Source: Octopus vulgaris
Lineage: Eukaryota
Assembly: GCA_951406725.2 (NCBI GenBank)
Contig: OX597827.1
Location: 77,996,001 to 78,060,000, forward strand
Direction of reading: 5' to 3'
DNA: 64,000 nucleotides
In this document: positions 52,181-64,000 of the stretch, one piece after another
Numbering within the stretch: position 1 is the first letter of the stretch
Layout: every line of letters starts with the position of its first letter
The notes under the pieces: model-generated
Told to the model about the DNA's origin: nothing
What the model saw: only the letters and a program-made list of their open reading frames with translations
Database searches by the model: none
Program-made: the position numbers and the translations under genes

Positions 52181-52890
52181 TGGTAGTGCTGAGTATGGTC
52201 CGTGTAAACAGCTCTGCTCTGAGCATGCACCTATAAATTGGAGGACAAGGAGAGAGAGGGAGGGGCAGGGAGGGACAGGGAGGGGCAGTGAGGGGCAGGG
52301 AGGGGCAGGGAGAAGTATTAGACTTTGCAGTTAGAGTGACTGTGGGTTTTGTGGGATTTGTGCCTTTGTGCAAAGGGAATAACCTTTGGAAATGACTTCA
52401 CTCCGTGAGAAAGTTTCTTTCAAGATTTTGTTTTTGTTATTTGGTAGTGCTGAGTATGGTTCTTGTAAACGGCTCTACTCTGAGCATGCACCTATAAATT
52501 GGAGGACAAGGAGAGAGAGAGGGGGAGGGGCAGGGAGGGACAGGGAGGGGCAGGGAGGGGCAGGGAGGGGCAGGGAGAAGTATTAGACTTTGCAGTTAGA
52601 GTGACTGTGGGTTTTGTGGGATTTGTGCCTTTGTGCAAAGGGAATAACCTTTGGAAATGACTTCACTCCGTGAAAAAGTTTCTTTCAAGATTTTGTTTTT
52701 GTTATTTGGTAGTGCTGAGTATGGTTCTTGTAAACGGCTCTACTCTGAGCATGCACCTATAAATTGGAGAACAACAAGGAGAGAGAGAGAGAGGGAGGAG
52801 AACATTAGACTTTGCTGTTAGAGTGACCGTGGGTTTTGTGGGATTTGTGTGAATAACCTTTGGAAATGTCTTCCCTCTGTGAGAAAGTTT
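52181..52890. repeat. Tandem repeat, 3 units of ~261-265 bp with G-rich (GGGAGGGGCA)n inserts
   Basis: Units start tggtagtgctgagtatggt at 52181, 52442 and 52707. Confidence 0.92.
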
Positions 52891-53029
52891 CTGGTTTTGT
52901 TTGTTTTTATTTGTCTCGTCCTTTACCGTACAGACTGTTCTCAAACTTTTTTGTCAACCCATGTGGTTAATAAGACATTCTTGTTCATGTTCTTGTTGCT
53001 GTTGTTATCATAATCATCATCATCATTAT

Positions 53030-53205
53030 TATTATCCTGAGCGCGTAAGCGAAAGCAGGGTGTTGTTGTCGCTCGTCTTTGTGTGTTTGCAAAATTACTG
53101 AAAAACTGCTTGAATGAGTATTCACCAAATTTGGCAGAAATACTCATTGGGTGAGAGACTCGAAATGATGAAAATTTGGTTTGATTATCTTCAAACATAC
53201 ATAAA
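53030..53205 (+). mobile_element. Helentron-associated (HINE/DINE-1-like) element 5' part
   Basis: ttattatcctg..cagggt short inverted repeat followed by caaaattactgaaaaactgcttgaatg...ttcaccaaatttggca, a pattern typical of HINEs. Confidence 0.45.
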
Positions 53206-53255
53206 TACATACACAGATATGCGACTCGATATGTGAGGGAGTGTGCGTGCGTGCT

Positions 53256-53404
<149 letters not shown>

Positions 53405-53710
53405 GTGTACAGTAACAGATTCGAAAGTTTCGTATATTTACGAGTGATTTCTTAAATTCACCAGTGTATAAATATCTATAACGGTGATACTTGAATAAAA
53501 AAGCAAAAATTTTTAAAATCGAACTTACTATAGAAGAAAGGATTGAAGTCTAATTCTTCAATTGTATGTAACTCGAGCAACGCCGGGTAACTCTGCTAGT
53601 GCCTTATATAACCTTTTATATTTGCATTCATACATATATCTGTACACGCAGATGTATACTTGTATATATATATATGCATGTATATATGTACATATATATG
53701 CATGTATATA

Positions 53711-53746
<36 letters not shown>

Positions 53747-53932
53747 TGAGAGTGTGAGTGTCTGTCTGTGTGAATACCTAAATCTCGAGAACTACACAAC
53801 TAATTTCATTCAAATTTTACACATGCCTTACTTAGGGTCTATGGAGTGTCATGGGCCAAGCTCTGGGCGTCGTTGGGCTGACTGTACATAGCTACGACAC
53901 CACAGTCAGCGCTACGGCGACCAGGGCTTTGC

Positions 53933-54058
53933 ACGTCACGTCACGCCACGCCACGCCACGCCACGCCACGCCACGCCACGCCACGCCACGCCACGCCACG
54001 CCACGCCACGCCACGCCACGCCACACCACACCACACCATACCACACCACACCACATCA
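53933..54058. repeat. Pentanucleotide microsatellite (CACGT)->(CACGC)n->(CACAC)n
   Basis: Directly visible. Confidence 0.95.
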
Positions 54059-54392
54059 CATACACAGGCAACGAAATCATGAAACAGGATAACATCGAAA
54101 ACGAAATTGTTTTGCGAACAACGAAAGCAACAGATGTAAAAACACGACAGGCAACATAAAAACATGTCGTGTATGTATGTGTGTGTGTGTGTATGTATTA
54201 TGTGTATGTATATATGTATGTGTATGTATGTATGTATGTATGTGTATGTATGTATGTATTTGTGTTTGTGGGTGTGTGTGTATGTATGTGTATGTGCACG
54301 TGTATATGTGTTGGTGTACATATGTGTATATATGTATGTATGTGTATTCATGTGTATCCATGTATGTACATGGATATGTATGTATGTGCATG

Positions 54393-55817
<1,425 letters not shown>

Positions 55818-56242
55818 TATGTACAATCTCACGCACACATATGCAGCAGCGTTTTAGGCAACGAAAACATGAAATACGAAAACGTCGAAGACGAACTTGT
55901 TTTGTGAACAACGAAAGAAACAAGACAGACAACATAAGAACAGCTTTCCAGTTATCGGCTGTTTTATCCATTCCGCATTTCGACAAAATGCGTCTTCCTC
56001 TCAAACTGTTGCTCCCGTTACGTTTAAAATAAATTAAAGATTTTTGTTTCACTTCTTTCAGTCATGCTGGAGCAACGGCTTTAGTCGAGGAAATCGACCC
56101 CAGGACTTATTCTATGTAAGCCTAGTACTTATTCTATCTGTCTCTTTTGCCGAACCGCTAAGTTACGGCGTGTTTAACACACCAGCATCGGTTGTCAAGC
56201 GATATTGAGGGGGCAAACACTGACACACAAACACACACACAT

Positions 56243-56323
<81 letters not shown>

Positions 56324-56982
56324 CATACATATATACGACCGGCTTCTTTCAGTATCCGTCTACCAAATCCACTCACAAGGCTTATAGTAGAAGACACTTG
56401 CCCAAGGTGCCACGCAGTGGGACTGAACCCGGAACCATGTGGTTGGTAAACAAGCTACTTACCACACAGCCACTCCTGCGCGACCAGGCTCCCGTTGGCT
56501 TTTGTAGGGTTTTTTCCACCAGGAACCTTTCGCAACGCCTCCCCCTTTTGGGAGTTTTTCATTGTTAAATTTTTTAAATGTTATTAGGTTTTTACTCGAT
56601 GTTTTTCAAAAACGGACAAAACCCTTTGTAACCTTTCGTCCTGTTTTCTCCCTTCATGTTTCAAATCATGCGTGTCAGCCCTTGTGGCCAATAAAAAAGA
56701 ATGAATTATTATTATTATTATTGTTTAATAATAATAATCGTGTGAGAAATGAGGAGTTGAGGAGGCGGCCGAAAGCTTTATAATCGGTGAATTCTTGTTG
56801 GTCGTCAGAAATCTCAGCTCTACAGCAATGATATGTTTTAAAAAGGGGGGGGTGCCGTTTGTTTGATTAGTCTAAAACCTTACTGGCTCTCGCTCTTCTA
56901 TTTAATGGCCTCACCCTTTCCTACAAGTTCCATCTCGGTTTCATTCCCACCTAAATCATAGTACACTACTCTACTCTCCCCT

Positions 56983-57046
<64 letters not shown>

Positions 57047-58362
57047 TCATGTACATACATAGTGACATACAACCCATTTCTCTCTCGACACAGAAATACA
57101 TACACATGCATTGACATACACACATAGATACACTAGGACACATACACACTCTCGCTATCTCTCTTTCCTGTATATATATATATACATACAGACACATTTA
57201 CACAGTTGCTATCATTTTTCTCTCTCCTTTTCCCCCACCATACACATGCATACACACGCACATATATGCACTAACACACATACACGTTCTTACTATCTCT
57301 TCCATACACATACATAAACACACACACATACATACATGCACACGCACACATACTTACACACACACACACACACTCTCTCTCTCTTCTCTCCCTCTCGGTA
57401 CAGAATTACACCGTCTTCCTTTTGTTAGATAAATTTTAAATGGACACGAAGAACATCGTTACTACAATTTCAACGAATCTTTCTGAACTTCACAGAAGCT
57501 ATCAACTTCATACATACACCAGTAAACCTCCAGCCGACACGATGACGCCGGCGCGAGCTAAGGAGTGTATGTATATACGTATGTACGTATGTACGTACGT
57601 ATGTATGTATGTATGTATGTACTTTTGTTTATGTACGTACGTACGTAAGTTTGTGTGTGTGTGTACGTGTATGTAGGAGCGTGAGAAAAAAAGAAAAAGC
57701 GAGAAAGGAGAGGGGGTACAAAATGGCTGCGGTATTTAGCTACTGCCCTTTACGGTTTGAGTTCAAATTCCGCTGAGGTTAACTTTCCCTTTCATCCTTG
57801 GATCGATGAAATAAAGTCCTAGTCAAGTACGGTAGTGGTGGTCGTCTTGGGATTTAATACTCCAATAAAACAAAGTTGATTCGTTTCGGAGTTGTACTTG
57901 CTTAAGCAAGATGATTCGATCTGAGGTGCTGGGTTGAAACTAAAGTAATTACAGAGTGGAAGATATATTAGCCATTAAAAAACACGCACACAAGAACTGG
58001 ATACTGGGGGATGCGTCGTGAGTGATGTTTGAGGGGTCTCCGGGGTTTCGTGTTTTTCAACATCAGATCCCACCCTCTCACCCAGTTGACTCAGCCGGGA
58101 TTGCATCAAGTCACAGCTCGCATCCCAGTACTAGCAAACAACCGGTCAGCCATGTTTATCCAAAGTCACCTAATGGCCCCCTTGACAACCTCAGTAATGG
58201 GAAATTGTGACCCTACTCTTTCCTGCACCGGTAATTCCAGACCCACGCAGAGCTAAAAGAAAAAAAATAAAGCAAGTTAAACAGTTATTATTTAATGTCA
58301 AAATTTTCGTCATACTATTTGCAACCTGGTCACTGAATGAATCGACCCCAATACCTATTTTT

Positions 58363-58413
<51 letters not shown>

Positions 58414-58510
58414 ACGGGAAGCTTTATGAAAATAAACAAAAGACGAAGGCAGGTGGAGTACAAACAAACAATTGTATTAGTATGGCGCTCAGGAATATAA
58501 ATAAAACAAG

Positions 58511-58548
58511 TCTTTTACGTTTCGAGCCTACGCTCTTCAACAGAAAGA
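58511..58548 (-). ncRNA. Hammerhead-like motif, CUGUUGA core variant (family P5)
   Basis: Minus strand tcttt-CTGTTGA-a-gagc(gtag)gctc-GAAA-cg-TA-aaaga; stems I and II pair perfectly. Confidence 0.55.
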
Positions 58549-58642
58549 TACTCAGAAAAGAAACACGGAGAGAAACAAGGAGAGAAAAAAATGCGTGCAG
58601 AAGCTAGCGATTCAACATGGCGATTCTGATATATATATATAT

Positions 58643-59010
58643 AGTGGAGGCGCAGTGGCCCAGTGGTTAGGGCAGTGGACTCGCGGTTTCGATTCCCAGA
58701 CCGGGCGTTGTGAGTGTTTATTAAGCGAAAACATCTAAAGCCCCACGAGGCTCCGGCAGGGGGTGGTGGCAAACCCTGCTGTATTCTTTCACCACAAATT
58801 TCTCACACTCTTTCTTCCTGTTTCTGTTGTACCTGTATTTCAAGGGGCCAGCCTTGTCATACTTTGTGTTTCGCTGAATCTCCCAGAGAACTACGTTAAG
58901 GGTACACGTGTCTGTGAAATGTTCAGCCACTTGCACGTTAATTTCCCGAGCAGGCTGTTCAATTGATCGGATCAACGGGAACCCTCGTCGTCGTAACCGA
59001 CGGAGTGCCA
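58643..59010 (+). mobile_element. SINE family B copy inserted in (TA)n
   Basis: Aligns to family B with a head deletion. Confidence 0.88.
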
Positions 59011-59440
59011 CATATATATATATAATTTTAAAAAGTGTTATTCGGATCCAAGTGACTTAAAGTTTCGCCGGCCTTTAATAGAAGACCGTCTCTTTCTATC
59101 TTCAAAGAGACGTACTTGGGTCGCATGGAACCGAATCAAACTAAATAATATATGTAACTCCTACTAAATGTATTGAGTACCCCTTTTCTTTCGTTAGTCG
59201 AGGGCCCTTTTCATTCTTGTATGTATATATAACGACAATTGTTTCATTTCGCAAACAAAATTAAATTTACAAAATTTTGCCCTTTAAATACCGTGTATGG
59301 AAAATCATCAGGCTGCGCAGAGGGCAATAAGGGTTACATTAGGATACTTTTGGAATACACAGAACATACAGACATGTTTACTATCTGTGTATGTACATCT
59401 GTGTACGCATTCGTTAAAATTTTTCCTTTTATTTCAATTC

Positions 59441-59487
<47 letters not shown>

Positions 59488-60622
59488 CAACAATAACAAC
59501 AACAATCTATACTATAATGGAGAAATCTGCTTATTAATTACTAAAAGTACTAAAAGAAAGCAATTATTAAAGGGTTGATCGTCTGGAAATATTTTTATAA
59601 ATTCATGTTCTAAGAACTTCGCTCGAGTTTATTGAATTTTTTAATTCTAATTCATCTCAAATTTAAATATTCATTGCATTCACTGCGGAGTATTCTATTT
59701 TCATTTGCAAAGTCTCTCACTTTCTTCTTTAAGTTTTAATTTGCTATTAATGTATACGTAATGTAAAAACATTATTTATTGAATGAAATTTTTAAAAAAA
59801 TACCCGTATAATTTTTGAATGCTGGATAACTGTGAGAAGAGCTTAGGAAGTTGTGTAATTACTATTGGAAGGCGAGGAGAAAAAAAAATGTTACCGATAA
59901 GTACTGGAAATTTGCACCTTATTCACAATTTCCAGACACAACAAGGCGGCGAGCTGGCAGAAACGTTAGCATGCCGGGCGAAATGCGTATCTGTATTTCG
60001 TCTGCCGTTACGTTCTGGGTTCAAATTCCGCCGAGGTTGACTTTGCCTTTCATCCTTTCGGGGTCGATAAATTAAGTACAAAGAACTTAATCCGTTTGTT
60101 TGTCATTGTTTGTCCCCAAAGAAATAAATTTCCAGACACAACTTCAACAGTGACACACACACACACCGATACACACTCGCGCACACACAGATACACTCAA
60201 ATGAAAAGCAATGAATATGTGCGTGTGTGTGTGTGTGCTGTTCACTGACAAAACTTCGCGCTGCATCACTTTTGTGAAGTTTTGTCAGTGAAGAGGTCGC
60301 GATTTCAAAGCGACGAGAATCTTTTCACACAAATGAAGTTTTAATGTTGAAATGGGACTAAACGGTATTTGAGTGTCCTTGAATGGTTTCCAAGCATCTT
60401 ACTCTTACTCTCTCTTTTACTATTTTACTTGTTTCAGTCATTTGACTGCTGCCATGCTGGAGCACCGCCTTTAGTCGAGCAAATCGACCCCGGGACTTAT
60501 TCTTTTTGTAAGCCCAGTACTTATTCTATCGGTCTCTTTTGCCGAACCGCTAAGTGACGGGGACGTAAACACACCAGCATCGGTTGTCAAGCAATGCTAG
60601 GGGAACAAACACAGACACACAA

Positions 60623-60653
<31 letters not shown>

Positions 60654-61108
60654 CATATATACGACAGGATTCTTTCAGTTTCCGTCTACCAAATCCACTC
60701 ACAAGGCATTGGTCGGCCCGGGGCTATAGCAGAAGACACTTGCCCAAGATGCCACGCAGTGGGACTGAACTCGGAACCATGTGGTTGGTTAGCAAGCTAC
60801 TTACCACACAGCCACTCCACGTAATTTTTTTTTTTTTTTTGTAATCACTGTGGATAAATGCCATCAATGACTTTCTCAGGCTCTGCAATATTTTAATTTC
60901 TAAACAAACAACCGGGGGCAGGATGTGAGGTTGCAAAAAAATTCATAATTTCTCAAATTTTCTTTTTTATAGCATTTGGCGAGAAAATATTCTTTTCTAC
61001 TCAAGGCACAATGCCCGAAATTTTGGGGGAGGGGGCCAGTTGATTAGATCGACCCCAGTACGCAACTTGTACTCAATTTATCGACCCCGAAAGGATGAAA
61101 GGCAAAGT

Positions 61109-61710
61109 ATTAGGTTGTTTCTCATGAAATGTCGGATTTGTAATTATTTGATTTTTCAGTCATTTAAAACCTGAATTATGTTACCTTTGCAGTTAATCTC
61201 GACTCTTTTTCTTTCTAAGCAATATTGGTATGCAAAATTCGTACCCACAGACCTTATGAAAATGATAACAACCAAACAATGTTGAGTGGTTTTTTCGTAT
61301 GAGTACAAACTGGGTCACTCTACCGCAGAAGCTCTATGGAATATCAAGCGGGTCTTTTGTAAAGGTTTTGTTGACATCGGAACTGTTCAGAGATAGTTCC
61401 AGAGCTTTCGTTCGGGAAATGATAGCCTTGAAAATAAACCAAGAGGTAGGCCAAAATCAGTTACTCGGCATGATGGATTAAATGTTTTGGTTGAACAAAA
61501 TCCAAGAACAAAGGTTCGAAAACTTTCATCAGAACTCTAAACATCCCGCACGACTGTTTTTGGACACCTGTAAAAAATTGGAAAAGTCAAGAAAACAGAT
61601 AAGTTTGTTCCACATCAACTGAAAGAGATTCAAAAAATCAGATCCCTCAAAGTGTGCCCCTTATTGCTTTCTCGACTCGAAAAAGACCATTTTTGCATCA
61701 AATCATAACT
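61109..61710 (+). mobile_element. Mariner element 5' half (TIR plus decayed N-terminal transposase)
   Basis: YKLGHSTAEA, F.SG..SLENKPRGRP, VEQNPRT.VR.LS.EL, IGKVKK.DKFVPHQL (WVPHEL-like), FLHQIITC. Confidence 0.85.
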
Positions 61711-61748
61711 TGTATGTATGTATGTATGTATGTATGTATGTATTTATG

Positions 61749-62222
61749 CTGACATGCAGTGTCTGTACAAGACCCTGCCTCAGTAAAGCTGGACTCAAGA
61801 GTCATCTTCGTAGTCATAAAGCGAGACAGATGAGTGACAACCTGGCCACTGGTGGTGGTGTAACACACCATACTAATCATATCTGTTGGGCATGTGGAAG
61901 AGAGTGTAATTCGGCAGAAGGACTTAAACGACATGCAAAGGTACATGAAGCCCAGTTACAACTACAGCCGGCTATTGCCAGTAAAGGTTTTAGTTACCAA
62001 TTCTGTACAAGACATTGTAGATCTTTAGCTGGGCTAAAAAGTCACATTCGATCACAGCACCAGTAACAATTAAGCTTCGTGCAATGGCCATACTCGATAA
62101 CGAGGGGGCAGCCATAAAATGTATGTATGTATGTTTGTATGTATGTATGTATGTATGTATGTATGTATGTATGTATGTATGTATGTATGTATGTATGTAT
62201 GTATGTATGTATGTATGTATGT
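61749..62222 (+). mobile_element. 3' end of an RTE-type LINE: three C2H2-like zinc fingers, stop at 62066, short 3' UTR, (ATGT)n tail
   Basis: CSVCTRPCLSKAGLKSHLRSH, CWACGRECNSAEGLKRHAKVH and (Y)QFCTRHCRSLAGLKSHIRS match the C..C.R.C.S..GL.SH.R.H finger at RTE ORF C-termini; no TGEKP linkers. Confidence 0.7.
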
Positions 62223-63314
62223 ATATGTGTGTGTGTATGCATGTGTGTATATAGGCGCAGGCATGGCTGTGTGGTAAGAAGTTTGTTTCCCACCCTCGTG
62301 GTTCTGGGTTCAACCTTACTGCGTGACATCTTGAGCAAGTGTCTTTTCTCTATAGCCTTAGGCCGACCAAAGCCTTATGAGTGGATTTTGTAGATGGAAA
62401 CTGAAAGAAGCACGTCGCGCGCACGTGTGTTTGTGTCTATGATTGTCTTCCAGCACCGCTCGACAACCGGTGCTGGTGTGTTTATGTTTGCGTATATGCA
62501 TACACGCAGATACTTAATATACTGACGAGCGATATTGATATTTTTGAAACGTAAAGGTTTAACTTTTACTCGCGTGTCATCACCATACCACTACCACCAC
62601 CACCACCACCACCGCCGCCGCCACCACAATCACCGCCGCTACCACCACCACCACCACCACCACCACCACCACCAAAAATAACGTCATCAGCATCATCATC
62701 ATCATCATCGTTGTCGTCGTCGTCGTCGTCCCAAACATGTGACAGGAGATCTTGTTAAAAGTACATCCTGAAGCACTTTTATCAATGACCCATCAAAGTG
62801 ACCAACCCGAAAATTAGATGAAGTGGCTTCGACTTCTCTTTCCGTCTCCTCCTCCTCCTCCTCCTCCTCTGCCGACTTAGATAGTCCGCCCTTCTTTAAA
62901 AGATTTTAATCGGTCTGTTTAACGACAAACATCAAACGGTGATAAAAACCGAAGTTAATTAACCAGAAATAACCGCCATGTCACCGTTTATTCCTGGTCA
63001 TGCGTTTCTATATATATCTGACACTTCACCAAATCCCTTAACAACAGCTTCCACTGTCTTTCCTCAGAGCCACCAGAGGAACTTTTTTTATGTAACAATA
63101 ACGTATCTGTTTGTTCTCAATACGTTCTGATAAATCCGAACGTGAATATCTCTTTGCAGTCGTTTTTCTAAATCAGAGAACTCCTCCCTCTTTTAGATGA
63201 TTCGTGTTCATAACATGATTCTCGGATGTAAAGTGACTTTGAGAGACCGTAATATTTCGACCTTATTGTCTACTTTTTTTTTTTATAAAAAAAAATCCCA
63301 AACAAGACGAAAAG

Positions 63315-63800
63315 AATGAATTTACTTCAGACTCGAAAGAGTTCAGGTCATGAGAAGAAGGAACACAATGAGATGGAAGAGAGTTCCAAAATCTGGCAGT
63401 TCGAAGAAAAAAGCTGCGACCATAGAAAGACTTCCTTATTCGTGGAAGTACAACAGCATTTAGATGGAGACATTGTGAGTTTTGAGTGAGGCGAGATGGC
63501 AGAAAGTGATCTGGAACTGAGAGAGAAAGTCCATCAGATGACTTACTGTGGCAATAATGATGGCAATGACAAAGACTGGTGACGTCATGTCAGTGTGACA
63601 AGGGATGCGGATATTGAAGCAAGAGAGGAACCATTCAAATTAGAGGATCACTTCTGAACCTAGACGAGAAGGTCCCGTTGTCAAGACGGTATATCTGCCC
63701 AAATACGACAACAGTTTTCCATACAAGGACGAATTGTGGCTTTGTAAAGATAGTCCTTTGACCTATACAATGATTCAGCCTCACGGGTTGGTCAAAGCCA
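63315..63800 (-). mobile_element. CR1/jockey-like LINE ORF2 C-terminal remnant
   Basis: Minus strand PLSH*.DV.SLC...Y.H...S..L...VP, then SFFLRTARFWNSLP...P..DLNSF.S.VN, plus YKATIRPCMENCC.IW in another frame. Confidence 0.75.
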
Positions 63801-64000
63801 CCCCTCCGGACGGATTAAGCTAACAAGAGTTCAGGCATTTGGTTATAGAAGTCAGCAAATTACTTGCTTATATGTGTTAATGTCTTCCAGACAGGTAATA
63901 ATCTATGAGGTGCATTCAGAACAGAGAGAATCCAGATTATAACAATAACGTATCTGTTCATTCTTACTAGGTTCCAGTAGATTCGAACGTGACTGTTTGA

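Noticed and set aside
52181-52890. CRISPR-like array
   Set aside because: Units are whole ~263-bp duplications without unique spacers, in a eukaryotic context with no cas genes.
61710-62066. Host C2H2 zinc-finger transcription factor gene
   Set aside because: No TGEKP linkers, no clear splice acceptor, the start lies in a microsatellite, and a LINE-like 3' UTR and tail follow.
63093-64000. ~60-bp diverged direct repeat (63093-63150 and 63939-63995) as LTRs
   Set aside because: No TG..CA ends, PBS or PPT, and the second copy runs to the window edge; more likely two relics of the same old repeat.

Overview
Eukaryotic, AT-rich DNA dense in repeats. The SINE families and the microsatellite load point to an octopus (coleoid cephalopod) genome; that assignment is an inference. 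Only one host gene is supported: the last two coding exons of an atypical S1 (chymotrypsin-fold) serine protease on the + strand (1077-1228 and 2902-3111). The rest is a mosaic of four SINE families (labelled A-D here), decayed DNA transposons (Tc1, mariner, Tigger/pogo, Merlin, hAT MITEs, Helitrons), non-LTR retrotransposon fragments (R4/Dong, RTE, CR1/jockey-like) and microsatellites. Nearly all ORFs in the supplied track are microsatellite or SINE artefacts. The most notable signals are: (i) at least four Penelope-like repeat families with different hammerhead-ribozyme motifs, some with non-canonical cores or an enlarged domain II; (ii) a protease lacking both Cys191 and Cys220 and with Gly at Trp215; (iii) a 28-nt identical hairpin arm shared by two otherwise diverged repeats; (iv) a ~640-bp local inverted duplication and many shorter fold-backs; (v) a 3x ~263-bp tandem repeat with G-quadruplex and splice-like signals. 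All coordinates were read by eye, so the ends of decayed elements are approximate.
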